The translations under genes and the position numbers were made by a program. The notes under the pieces were generated by a model, which was not told the origin of the DNA, did not search any database, and saw only the letters and a program-made list of their open reading frames with translations. A stretch of DNA of 64,000 bases from a bacterium (GTDB lineage: Bacteria; Patescibacteriota; Patescibacteriia; HK-STAS-PATE-3): positions 4,065 to 68,064 of the forward strand of contig JAZDMR010000015.1 in assembly GCA_043800725.1 (NCBI GenBank), in the 5' to 3' direction. Below are positions 46,947 through 57,112 of the stretch, piece after piece. Numbering within the stretch: the first letter of the stretch is position 1; each line of letters starts with the position of its first letter.

Positions 46947-48915
46947 ACAATCGTATTCACCCGTAATATTAGAGGACATTTTATTATCTGGAGTTCTGGT
47001 TTTTCTGACAATTCTAGGTGTGGCAATTTATTTGGGAATATTCGGACATTTCTCAGTCAGCCTGTTAACAGGCCTGGCTGGTTTGACCGCACTGGGCTGG
47101 TTGATATGTTGGCTTTGGAGGATAAAGAGGAGGGGTTTTCAAATCAGCCGGAACGAATTAATAGCACTGGCTGTTATTTTACTAATAATCGTTATCACGG
47201 GTATTTTTCATCAGGAAATGCCGCGTAATCGTGACAATGCCGGCTTTATATCAGCGGCCGCCGCGCTTGCTGATCACGGATCGCTAGCCTTTGAGGATGT
47301 TATAACACGACCGTATCATCCATTTAGGTCGATCGACGGAAATACCTTTACTTCCCAATTTTTACCGGGCTACATTTCTTTTCTGGCCTGGCCGTATGGT
47401 TTATCCGGACTGTCCGCGCTTCAGTGGGCCAATGCTTTATTATTGGGATTAAGCAGTCTGGCTTTATATTATGTATTTCGGAGACTGAGGTCAGGGCAGG
47501 GAAGCTTATGGCCAATCCTTTTTTATGTCACCTTATACACGACCGTCTGGTTCAGCCGAGGGACTTATTCGGAAAATCTTTTCATTCTGATTATGCTGGC
47601 TGGGAGCGGTCTAATGCTAAAAGCCTGGCAAAACAAAACGGCTGCTAGCTCGTTTTGGAGTATTTTTATTTTTTCCTTTGCATCTCTGGTAAGAAGCGAA
47701 GGTATGATTTATTTTCTGGTTGCCCTGATAGTGAATCTGGTGGTAGTTTACCGTTTCCGGAATAGTTGTAACTGGACTCAGTTGCCTGCCTGGCTAGGGA
47801 CATTAGGCAGTCTAGTTGTTTTATTTTTTTACGGTCAGCGTCTTGGTATTGATTATTTTGACTATGCTTATCGCAACCTGACAAGCTCCCTGCATTATTT
47901 TATCGAGCCGGAAGGAGCGGTGTTTATAGCTCTAGTCATCATACTGGCAGCTTTTTTATTATGGCGCAGAAAAAGTTATGGAGCCCTTAGCCTATCTGTT
48001 CAGAAGAAAATCACGATTGCCACCGCAGTGATTGCGGGACTGGCTGCGATTGTTATCTGGGGGTATGTGCTAGGCCAGGGTTATATTGAATGGCGCTACT
48101 TTAAGCTGCATTATGTTTTGGATAATATTGTACGTTACGGATTGGTAACTTATTTTATCCTGATTATCATCGGATTTTATAATTCCCAATATCGGATACC
48201 TGCCATACTTCTGATAATCGTGTTTGCGCCGTCTTTTATTTTCTTTTTTAATCCAAATATTGCTATTGATCAGCCCTGGTTTATGAGGCGTTTTTACGGC
48301 GGCATCATTCCTCTTTTAATTTTGCTGGGAAGCGTGGCAATAGTCCATATCCAATCGCGATACCGGCGCAATATTACGCTAGGTCTACTGGTGATAATAA
48401 TTAATATTAGTACCGCGGCTCCGATCTTGTTTTATAAAGAGCATAAAGGGATGAATATACATTTAAACGATTTTACTCAGCGTTTTACTGCCAATGATCT
48501 TATTTTAATGGATCCTGGCTGGCACTGGCAGCAATGGGGCTATAATCTGCATTATGTAAACGGATTGGATATTTTACCCAATGCTGATGGCTTTACTGAG
48601 CAGGAATTGCAGAAATTGGTTAATCAATACCAGCGGGTCTTTGTCATGGTGGAGCGTGGTCATCAGCCGAGCGCATATTATCCTCTTGAGCGACTGACTC
48701 AAGTCAGTACTTGGCAGCTTCAATACAAAGAACTTGTCCCAACTATGTGGACCAATGACTATATCAACGAGAATAAAGAGGCATTAAGTGTTCCATTATT
48801 ACGAAGCTTCCAGAGAAATAGCCCCCCTAGAGTGATAGAGACCAGAAATGAAGATTATATTATTTATCAGGTAACAGACACTAGTGATTTGCGCCTGAGC
48901 TTACCTTCAACTTAA
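46930..48915 (+). CDS. Multi-pass membrane protein, probable GT-C glycosyltransferase
   Basis: More than 12 TM, RD motif in first loop, YSE and R.EG; WFMRRF; C-terminal soluble domain. Confidence 0.6.
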   Translation: MTMKREQSYSPVILEDILLSGVLVFLTILGVAIYLGIFGHFSVSLLTGLAGLTALGWLICWLWRIKRRGFQISRNELIALAVILLIIVITGIFHQEMPRNRDNAGFISAAAALADHGSLAFEDVITRPYHPFRSIDGNTFTSQFLPGYISFLAWPYGLSGLSALQWANALLLGLSSLALYYVFRRLRSGQGSLWPILFYVTLYTTVWFSRGTYSENLFILIMLAGSGLMLKAWQNKTAASSFWSIFIFSFASLVRSEGMIYFLVALIVNLVVVYRFRNSCNWTQLPAWLGTLGSLVVLFFYGQRLGIDYFDYAYRNLTSSLHYFIEPEGAVFIALVIILAAFLLWRRKSYGALSLSVQKKITIATAVIAGLAAIVIWGYVLGQGYIEWRYFKLHYVLDNIVRYGLVTYFILIIIGFYNSQYRIPAILLIIVFAPSFIFFFNPNIAIDQPWFMRRFYGGIIPLLILLGSVAIVHIQSRYRRNITLGLLVIIINISTAAPILFYKEHKGMNIHLNDFTQRFTANDLILMDPGWHWQQWGYNLHYVNGLDILPNADGFTEQELQKLVNQYQRVFVMVERGHQPSAYYPLERLTQVSTWQLQYKELVPTMWTNDYINENKEALSVPLLRSFQRNSPPRVIETRNEDYIIYQVTDTSDLRLSLPST

Positions 48916-48920
48916 AAAGT

Positions 48921-50003
48921 ATGCGTATTGCCTTTATCAACGAATTATACGGAACTAAGCGGCAAGGGGGAGAACAGGAAGCAATGATGTCTTTAGCCGA
49001 ACAGGTAAGAAAGATTAAAGATTTTGAAGTGGATGTTTATTCCTATACCGGATTACATTCGAATAAGCTGGAATTTAACTGGCCAGACAGGCTTAAATTA
49101 ACTCCATATCTTCGTGAAATCACGGCTGCGCCAGCTCTGGGCAAATTGGTAGCTTCGCGGATTGCCCCTAGATATGACTTGATTCATACCTCGTCAACTA
49201 CCTTATTCGGAAAAGTTGAATGTCCAGTACCGCTGGTTTACTCACTTCATTCAATTCGATCGCAAAAAAGTAAAAATTTATCACGAATATCACGTTATCG
49301 GCTGGTATTTAATCCTCTGGTAAAAAACAGACTTAGACACCTGGAAAAAAAGAGCCTGGAACAGGCCCGGAAGATCACTGTATTGCATGAACGAATGTCC
49401 AAGTTTTTAATTTCTCAATTTAGTATTAATCCTGAATGTATTGTTAATATTCCTAACCCAGTGGATAATGAAAAATTTACGCCGAGCGATAAGCCAGGAT
49501 CGGAAGTTTTATTTGTGGGACGGGGGACCGAAGCGAAAGGCGTTGACGTCCTGATTGCTGCTGCTCCGAAAATTCATGGCTTGGTTAAAATTGTTACTAA
49601 AACAATGAGACCCGGTCTTCGCAAGCAATGCCGGGAAGCGGGCATAAACGTGGTTTTTGATGTTCCCCATGATCAAATGCCCGACCTGTACCGGTCAGCA
49701 GCGGTTCTTGTTTTACCTTCAGTTGATGAAGAACAGCCGCTTACCATACTGGAGGCCATGGCCTCGAGCTTGCCAGTGGTGGCTACTCCAATAAGCGCTT
49801 CAGAATTGATTACTGATGGTGAACATGGCTTGGTTATCCCTTATAACAATCCGCAAGCTTTGGCTAGGGCTGTTAACGAGTTGCTGGATAATCCCGCTCA
49901 ATCGCTTCTCATGGGTCAAAACGGGCGTAGGCAGGCTTTGAGTAGTCATTCGTGGGTAAACACCTTAGATCAGTATATTAAGCTTTATCAGGGCCTATTT
50001 TAA
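48921..50003 (+). CDS. GT4 glycosyltransferase
   Basis: FVGR....KG and EEQPLTILEAMAS. Confidence 0.9.
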   Translation: MRIAFINELYGTKRQGGEQEAMMSLAEQVRKIKDFEVDVYSYTGLHSNKLEFNWPDRLKLTPYLREITAAPALGKLVASRIAPRYDLIHTSSTTLFGKVECPVPLVYSLHSIRSQKSKNLSRISRYRLVFNPLVKNRLRHLEKKSLEQARKITVLHERMSKFLISQFSINPECIVNIPNPVDNEKFTPSDKPGSEVLFVGRGTEAKGVDVLIAAAPKIHGLVKIVTKTMRPGLRKQCREAGINVVFDVPHDQMPDLYRSAAVLVLPSVDEEQPLTILEAMASSLPVVATPISASELITDGEHGLVIPYNNPQALARAVNELLDNPAQSLLMGQNGRRQALSSHSWVNTLDQYIKLYQGLF

Positions 50004-51164
50004 CCCTAGCAGCTCCTGATAAAGGTTAAGGTAGCGATTTGTTACGGCTTTTAAAGAAAACCGCTCTAAAATGTCTTTTTTGGCTTGCTGACCCAGTTGT
50101 TGGGCAAACTTTGGCTGGGTAAGCAGGGTAATAATATGCTTGGCCAGCTCGTCTGTGCGATTAGGAGCAAACACTAAAGCTGATTTATTATTTTTCAATA
50201 CATACTGATTAGCCGGAATGCTTGAGGCTACAATCGGTAGACCGACCGAGCCTGCCTCGAGTAGGGCGTTGGACATTCCCTCGGCTCGCGAGGGCAGGAC
50301 AAACACATCAGCTGCCTGAAGCCAGTCGCGAGTGAGCTCAACTGTGCCCTTGAAGATAACCGAATCTTTCCAGTCAGACTGAATCAAAGACCGAAGCTGA
50401 GACGAATAAGTCGAACTACTATCCGGCTTGCCAATAAGCAGAAGCTTAGCCTTAGGCACTTGAGCGATAACCCGCGGCCAAGCGCGCAGTAGTCGATCGA
50501 CCTGCTTGGTGGGGATCAGGCGGCCGATAAATATTACAATAGGTTGATTATTAAAACCGACCTTTTGTTTTGCTTCTTCGCGGCTGACCTCCGGCGGCGC
50601 GAATAAGTCAGTATCTACGCCGTTTGGAATTTGTATTATCTGGTGGTCTGGAACCCCGATCGATTTAAGCTCATCAGCTATTTGAGGAGTGATGGCGATG
50701 AATCTGTCGATGGAGCGTAAGTAAGACAGCTTTTTTTCTGTTAAAGGCCAATGATGAAGGTCGGAAATATCACCGTCCCGGCCACCGCCAGCGGCTTTTC
50801 CGATAATAGGAGACCTATGCAGTTTTTTAAGCACCGCGGCGGCTAGGCCGGCGCTGAACAGCTGATGAGCGTGAATGAGATCGAAACGTTCGTGTTTAAA
50901 AATATTTTTGGCTCCTCTAATCAGCTCGCTGGGCCAAAGTTTGCTGGCATTAGGCGGATAAAGGCCAGGTAGGCGATGAATTATTATCCCGTCAATTTGG
51001 TCGCGCTGATGAAGCGATCGGGTCCAGCGTTCCCAGAAACGCAGGCCAGTAATAAAGTGGACTTCTACTCCTTGATCAGTCAATTGGCGCGCGAGCTGCC
51101 AGGCCTGCCTTTCCATGCCGCCGGTTTGATAGTGTAGAAATGGAATAATCATCGCTATTTTCAT
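49995..51164 (-). CDS. GT4 glycosyltransferase
   Basis: PNGVD, FIGRL..K and EGMSNALLEA. Confidence 0.9.
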   Translation of the reverse strand: MKIAMIIPFLHYQTGGMERQAWQLARQLTDQGVEVHFITGLRFWERWTRSLHQRDQIDGIIIHRLPGLYPPNASKLWPSELIRGAKNIFKHERFDLIHAHQLFSAGLAAAVLKKLHRSPIIGKAAGGGRDGDISDLHHWPLTEKKLSYLRSIDRFIAITPQIADELKSIGVPDHQIIQIPNGVDTDLFAPPEVSREEAKQKVGFNNQPIVIFIGRLIPTKQVDRLLRAWPRVIAQVPKAKLLLIGKPDSSSTYSSQLRSLIQSDWKDSVIFKGTVELTRDWLQAADVFVLPSRAEGMSNALLEAGSVGLPIVASSIPANQYVLKNNKSALVFAPNRTDELAKHIITLLTQPKFAQQLGQQAKKDILERFSLKAVTNRYLNLYQELLGLK

Positions 51165-51174
51165 AGTAGTATAT

Positions 51175-52203
51175 TTACAAAAGTGTTTCAGTTAGTACTT
51201 GTTTGAGAAGGGGATAGGCGGTCTCCAGCGTATAGTTTTTGTGTATTTTTGAACGGGCAGCTACTCCCATTTGCCGCCGTTTTTCGGGATTTTCGATCAG
51301 ATAGCTAATGGCGTCGACCCATTCAGTATCGGAAACTGCCCATAATCCGTCTTGATTATTTGTAACAACCAGTTTATTAGCTCCAACAGGACTGACCACC
51401 GGAACAATCCCCAGAGCCATGTATTGAATAGCCTTAAATGAGCACTTACCTCTACTCCATTCCGTATCTTTAAGTGGCATTAGACCGATATCAAATTGTT
51501 TCATTTCATTAATCTCCCCGGCTTCACTCCAGGAAATGTTCTGGCATTCTAAGCCGACGTTAAGATGAAAGTTTCCATTGCTGATAATTTTAAGAAAAAG
51601 ACGCTGGCCGTATTTTTCAGATAATCGTTTAAAAACAGATTCCAGATCTTTTAGATAGGGATAATTAACTGCGGATCCAATCCAGCCAATGCAGATACGG
51701 TTACTTTCTTTTTTCGGTGATATGACATAGCGCTTAATATCAACAACACTGGGTATAACAGTTACTCTTTTGGAATATTGCCTGGCATGCTCCGCCAGAA
51801 ATTCATTTCCGGAAATAATCCGGTCAGCTGTCCGAAGAGTCGCCTGAAACTTATTTTCCGCGTTTTTTCTGGAAGATGAACCAGACGTCTGATCTGGAGC
51901 GCCCAACCAAATTGAATCGTCAAAATCGAATGTCAGAGTAGCTTTTTGAGATTTCAGAAACCGGAGCAGCCAGGTAGGCAGGAGTATTTTCTGAACAAGA
52001 ATGGAATCAGTTTTTCGCGAAGCCAGAAGAGCTCGAAGAATATAAACAAGTTTATGCAATTGCTTAAATGGACGAGTGAGTCCAGTGTAATAAACGATAT
52101 TTAGGCTATTAAAATCACGTTTCAGAAGCGGAAGAAAATTCAACACCCGATATCGAGTACTGGCGGACTGACGGTCACCGAATGTCAGAATAAGCAATTT
52201 CAT
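51175..52203 (-). CDS. GT4 glycosyltransferase
   Basis: DFDD, IGWIGS, DIGLMPL and GKC.FK.IQYMA. Confidence 0.88.
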   Translation of the reverse strand: MKLLILTFGDRQSASTRYRVLNFLPLLKRDFNSLNIVYYTGLTRPFKQLHKLVYILRALLASRKTDSILVQKILLPTWLLRFLKSQKATLTFDFDDSIWLGAPDQTSGSSSRKNAENKFQATLRTADRIISGNEFLAEHARQYSKRVTVIPSVVDIKRYVISPKKESNRICIGWIGSAVNYPYLKDLESVFKRLSEKYGQRLFLKIISNGNFHLNVGLECQNISWSEAGEINEMKQFDIGLMPLKDTEWSRGKCSFKAIQYMALGIVPVVSPVGANKLVVTNNQDGLWAVSDTEWVDAISYLIENPEKRRQMGVAARSKIHKNYTLETAYPLLKQVLTETLL

Positions 52204-52205
52204 AG

Positions 52206-53756
52206 CTAAAGTTGTGTTGGAGTAATTTTATTCCGTCGGAATAGTATGCGAACTACCCCGATAAGCTCATTCATTCGGAAGACATACGACAGTAATAGGT
52301 AGGTGGAGATTGCCACCAGGCTAATGCCGATGATTTCCCAGAAAACAGTAACTTCCGTGAAAAGACGACTGGCCCACCAGGTCAATCCGGAAGAAAAAAG
52401 TCCCACAATGAGCATTTTAACAAATGGCAGAAAATCTCTGGTTTTCCACCCAGCAATAAGTTTTAAAATAATTACAGCAAAAAGCAGGGCTGTCAACAGC
52501 GAACCGATCGAGGCTCCCAGAGCTATTCCTAAATAGCCTAGCGATGGAATAAGCAAAAGGTTGACGATAATATTGACAGTCGCTCCGAAAACACCTACCA
52601 AGACAACTGTTTTTATTCGCTGCAGAGCATAAAGAGTATTCGATAGCAAAGCGCCCAGCGTAGCTCCGAATAAAAATCCCAGATTATACTGCAACGCGCT
52701 AGCTGTAGCTATGCTGGCAGAATGTGAAAATTCACCGTGTTCAAAAAGCAGCTGGATAATGGGCAGGGCTGCAAAATTAACAATAATAATAATTGGGATA
52801 ATAGAATAGATTGCCAGTCGGACACCCAGGAGTATTTGAGCACGCAGTCTGCTCAGGTCGCTCTGAGCACTGGCCGCGGATAGGTCCGGGAAGAGTGCGG
52901 TAGCGATAGTGGTTCCTATCAGTCCGATCGGAACCATGACCACTAGTCGGCTGAGCGCAACATAGGTTACGCTTCCGGTTTCAAGCCAGGCGGCCATGTA
53001 CTGGTCGATTACCGTTACGGATTTATAGATCAGAGCGCCGATTATAAGCGGAAGGAAAAAGCGGAAAAATTTTCTAGCCTTAGGATCGCGAAAAGACACA
53101 GTAAATGCATAGCGCAGTCTGCCGGTCTTGATTAAGTAGCCCAGCACTATCAGAAAAGCCGCCAAACCACTTATGGTCAGGCCGTAAGCAGGTGCTAAAA
53201 TTCCGATTGACGAGGATAGGATTAGCAACAGCACAAAGTAGAGCAGTTTTTGCAAAAAGATACTTAACGAAGCAATAAAAAACTTTTTTTGGGCATAAAG
53301 AACACTCAATCCAATGCTCATCACTCCCGAGAAGGCAATAAACGGAAGAACAACCTGGAGTATCTGCCGGACAAGGTTCTGGAATTCCGGAGAACGGTTG
53401 GGTAAAGTCAGGGGCACGATCCACCAGGCAGTGGCAATTGTTATGATTACCAGTACGGAAAGACCGGCTGCAAAAATATTAAGAATATTCGATGTTAGCT
53501 GATGGTGAGAATTATCATCTCGCGCTACCTGAAGTTCGGTATAGAGGGGGATATAGGATTTGTGAACTGTTGTAATGAGGACTGTAACGATCCAGACCGG
53601 TATGGCGGTAGCGAGTAAGAAGGCGTCCATTGGTTCGGTGTTGCCGAATTTATTTGCCAGCACTGCCCGGACGCCGTATTCTAGAATAAAACCGAATACC
53701 GTAAATAAAAAAATAATAAAAGAGGCTTTGAGGAGATTGCGTAATGAAAAACTCAT
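52206..53756 (-). CDS. murJ: MurJ/MviN family lipid II flippase
   Basis: A.KFG....DAF..A..IP, ID...A..L..GSV and LFEHGEF motifs; about 14 TM. Confidence 0.8.
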   Translation of the reverse strand: MSFSLRNLLKASFIIFLFTVFGFILEYGVRAVLANKFGNTEPMDAFLLATAIPVWIVTVLITTVHKSYIPLYTELQVARDDNSHHQLTSNILNIFAAGLSVLVIITIATAWWIVPLTLPNRSPEFQNLVRQILQVVLPFIAFSGVMSIGLSVLYAQKKFFIASLSIFLQKLLYFVLLLILSSSIGILAPAYGLTISGLAAFLIVLGYLIKTGRLRYAFTVSFRDPKARKFFRFFLPLIIGALIYKSVTVIDQYMAAWLETGSVTYVALSRLVVMVPIGLIGTTIATALFPDLSAASAQSDLSRLRAQILLGVRLAIYSIIPIIIIVNFAALPIIQLLFEHGEFSHSASIATASALQYNLGFLFGATLGALLSNTLYALQRIKTVVLVGVFGATVNIIVNLLLIPSLGYLGIALGASIGSLLTALLFAVIILKLIAGWKTRDFLPFVKMLIVGLFSSGLTWWASRLFTEVTVFWEIIGISLVAISTYLLLSYVFRMNELIGVVRILFRRNKITPTQL

Positions 53757-53847
53757 CGTTCTATTTTAACAATGCCAAACCTCGGAGCTCTTGTAACAGA
53801 GAAAATGACAATTGAAACTTTAATCAGTCGGCGGTGCATGATGATGG

Positions 53848-56820
53848 TTATTTAATAGGCTTAAAAAATACATCCTGTATCCAGAGAGGACATTCCTGCA
53901 AATCCGAACCTTCTAGCAGCTGGCTGTTTTCATCAAACAAGACCATTTGCAATTCATTAGAACCGGACGGGATAGTAATAGGCAGGCTGACTGATTGAAA
54001 ACTAGACCAATTAATAGTTAGGGATGAAATTGTCTCTCCGTTTAATAATATCACCGCCCGGCGGTAAGCGTCAGGACAGGTATAAGTACTAAAATTCAGT
54101 TCTCCCGACAGCTGTTCTGACTGTGGCGAATCAAGACTAAGCGAAGCGTAGTTTTTAGTTTTTCTCTTTTGTGATGCCTGACCCTTATTTTCCAGGATAT
54201 CCCAGTTTTTGCTCAAACGAATAATTAGAGGAGTATCTTCGTCCGAAGACGGCGGCAGCTGGTAGTAGTCCCACTCGTCAGTCGTGGAAACCACCATTGA
54301 CCCGACTGTTGATATTAAGTATTTGTTCCAGGCCAAAGCTTCCTCAGGTTCAAGCAGGTTTTTATGCACTAATACCTGCTGGATATTTTCCCGGTCTGCC
54401 AGGTAGCGCAAGCTGGACTGATAATAATTTTCTTCAATAATATCGTGATATGAGCGCAGCGAGCCAAAGGTGTTTGCGGCATTTCGGGATTCGATCAGCA
54501 AGGGCCAGCGAAGAATTACCTTAGGCTCAAAAATCGAGTTTCCGGCAAATATCTCCTGGGGATTTACAATGTTATAGGCTGAATATTCTGAACCGAATAG
54601 CGGCACTTGCAAAGTGGTATTTTGACCAGCGTACTCAGACAGAAGGCTGCTGATATCGTCTTGATTGTTTGATATTGGCAAAGCTTCGATTTCCGAGATA
54701 AACACCGGCGGATCAGGTTCTTGACTCAGGTCAAGCTGTTCGATTCGTTGTCCCAGAAATTGCAAAGTGTTAGCTTCCATACTGGATAATGGTACATTAA
54801 CCTGGTATTGTCGCGGCTGATCATCCACTAGAAACTGGGCTAGGATTTGCTCATCCTGCAGGATTTGAAGATTACGTATCGAGCCTAAGGCAGCCTTGGC
54901 TATAAATCTCAGGTTAAGACTGTTTTGCTGGTTAATATTATTAATTATCAATTCGCTTTGTTGGCCAGTAAGCTGATATTGACGCTCGTCATCAATTTCC
55001 GTGCCGTTCCATTCGCCGGATTGGACCAAAATTGGCGCTGAATAGTCTTGCTCGGATAGTTTATAAGCAATTAAGTCAGAGTCTTGGTAAATTTCTTCTG
55101 TATGCACATAGTTTCTTAGGAAATTCCTGATCCGGATAAAGTCATCCAGCTCTATTTCGTCATCAGCAGAGCCCAGGTAGTTTTTATGAAGGATAATGTA
55201 ACGTACGTCATAGTATTGGAGAACGCCGGTATTGGCGTCCGCGTTAGCTAGGCTGATCGGAAGAGAGGTCACTATGTCGCTGCCCCGGGGGAAGCTGTAA
55301 AGAAGGGATTTTAAAATTGGGATAGAAATATTCCTGACGTAGAGCGGGTTTTCAGGATTGAATCGGGCGGGTTGAAAAAAATTAATCATCTTCTTACCGT
55401 GAATTGATCGATAATATTGTGATTTGGCCGCAGATCGGTAGTTGGTTGAGCTCGGAATCTCGAGGATAGCGAAATCACCAGGTTCCTGACGCAGGGAATT
55501 GTAAAAATGTGGATAATCAAGAGATGTTGTGGGATAGGGTAGAGCGAAAAATTCAAAGATGATAAAACCGGACAGCAGTATTACGAGTATGTGCTGGCCG
55601 TGGAGAGCCAGTCGGAAACGTTGGACCAGATAAACAAACCCATAGGCAGCGGCAACTGCGAAACACATCATCGAAATTACAGCTATACGGTCAACGGATC
55701 TAATATTGTTAAAGTACGGTAGAAAGTGATGAAGGAGCAGATAGGGTAGGGGTATTTTTGGTTCGACAACCCCACCAAAGTGCAAAAAGGGGCCAATGGA
55801 CAGAATGTAAAAACTAAAAGCGCCAACCGCCCAAAAGATGCTGTCGCGTGACTTTCGGTAGATCAGTACAAGTATGGCAAGACTCAGCACCACGATACCT
55901 ACATAGGCGGAGTGTTCGAATTCATTTCCGGTAAAAGAATTTCGAACATCAGCAAATAACGGACCAATCAGCGTATGAGTAAAAGGAGGGGTAAGAAGGC
56001 TTAATGCGTCATTGGAATATGCTATGGCCGATTTTATTCCCGGATTGAGGTAGTTGTTTTCAGATGAAGCAATTTTAAGAAACGACGCGGATATTATTAT
56101 GAAAATAACTGCGATAACACCGATTCCTATTGCGCAGTTTCGAATGAACGCCAGATTACGCCAGAAACTCGGATATTTACGCAGATACCACCATAACAGA
56201 GGGGGTAGAAAAAGTAAGTAAAACGCTATAAAATGTATTTCGTTGACCGCTAGAAAAATAAAAAAAATAGCGGCTCCGAATACATAGCGTAATTTTTGAA
56301 ATCGAATAGCTTTAAGGATAAACAGGGTCGTCAGTGGTATCCATTCAATATGCGTTGAGCCGCGAAAGCCCATTCCCCAGATGAAATGAATAGGCGCAAA
56401 TCCATAGATTAACCCGGCCATAAAGGACGCATAGGTAATCAACCGTTCGGTCACTTTCTCTTTTGTTGTTGCGAAAGTTTCTCTGATAAGAAATCGCGTC
56501 AAGGCAAAGGCTCCGTACGAGGCGGCGATAAAGGAAAAAAGCCAATAGAGATTGTATGCGAGAGTGACGTCAACAACAGTGTTGAGATAGCTGACAATTG
56601 ATACAGTATCAATGCGTACGTGAGTGATGATTTCTTGGATGCTGCCCCAGAAACCGAGAGCCTTCAGCTCCTCACTGAAATGAATTACGTCGGCCACCGT
56701 TTGATGGGAATCGCTTCCTAGCCCGGCAATTTCCGAGTTGATGTTGAGAATGACGGGATACGTCAGCAACAGAGTCAAAACAGTGTAGGCGGCAATGATA
56801 ACGAGTGTTTTTTTCAACAA
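53848..56820 (-). CDS. Large membrane protein, YfhO/GT-C-like with extracellular domains
   Basis: TYP.I, FAP, YVG, PY.LL, R...R and 'VRYIILHK' pattern; TTG start uncertain. Confidence 0.65.
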   Translation of the reverse strand: MLKKTLVIIAAYTVLTLLLTYPVILNINSEIAGLGSDSHQTVADVIHFSEELKALGFWGSIQEIITHVRIDTVSIVSYLNTVVDVTLAYNLYWLFSFIAASYGAFALTRFLIRETFATTKEKVTERLITYASFMAGLIYGFAPIHFIWGMGFRGSTHIEWIPLTTLFILKAIRFQKLRYVFGAAIFFIFLAVNEIHFIAFYLLFLPPLLWWYLRKYPSFWRNLAFIRNCAIGIGVIAVIFIIISASFLKIASSENNYLNPGIKSAIAYSNDALSLLTPPFTHTLIGPLFADVRNSFTGNEFEHSAYVGIVVLSLAILVLIYRKSRDSIFWAVGAFSFYILSIGPFLHFGGVVEPKIPLPYLLLHHFLPYFNNIRSVDRIAVISMMCFAVAAAYGFVYLVQRFRLALHGQHILVILLSGFIIFEFFALPYPTTSLDYPHFYNSLRQEPGDFAILEIPSSTNYRSAAKSQYYRSIHGKKMINFFQPARFNPENPLYVRNISIPILKSLLYSFPRGSDIVTSLPISLANADANTGVLQYYDVRYIILHKNYLGSADDEIELDDFIRIRNFLRNYVHTEEIYQDSDLIAYKLSEQDYSAPILVQSGEWNGTEIDDERQYQLTGQQSELIINNINQQNSLNLRFIAKAALGSIRNLQILQDEQILAQFLVDDQPRQYQVNVPLSSMEANTLQFLGQRIEQLDLSQEPDPPVFISEIEALPISNNQDDISSLLSEYAGQNTTLQVPLFGSEYSAYNIVNPQEIFAGNSIFEPKVILRWPLLIESRNAANTFGSLRSYHDIIEENYYQSSLRYLADRENIQQVLVHKNLLEPEEALAWNKYLISTVGSMVVSTTDEWDYYQLPPSSDEDTPLIIRLSKNWDILENKGQASQKRKTKNYASLSLDSPQSEQLSGELNFSTYTCPDAYRRAVILLNGETISSLTINWSSFQSVSLPITIPSGSNELQMVLFDENSQLLEGSDLQECPLWIQDVFFKPIK

Positions 56821-57112
56821 AAGCGCATTTTATGGTTAGTCATACAATAAGCAATATATCATTAAATGGCACTGTTTTCAAATATGTGATGTTTGACTTA
56901 CATGGTCATTAGGATTGTGGAGATTTCATTAATCTTTAAGAAGTTGTTAGCAGTAATTGTGTTATTAGTGAGAACCGTTCATATTGTAAAATGATGAATT
57001 ATATGATAATCTCTCTACTTAGAATATATTAAGATACTCTTTAAATCTCCTAAGTATAAAAAAAAATATTTTGAAATTCGATAATCCTAAGAACTAAAAA
57101 TCCACAACTGAA

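Noticed and set aside
56819-56843. Phase-variable frameshift at the start of 53848-56820 (upstream ATGs are one base out of frame)
   Set aside because: The run is only four T; a TTG start explains the gene without slippage.
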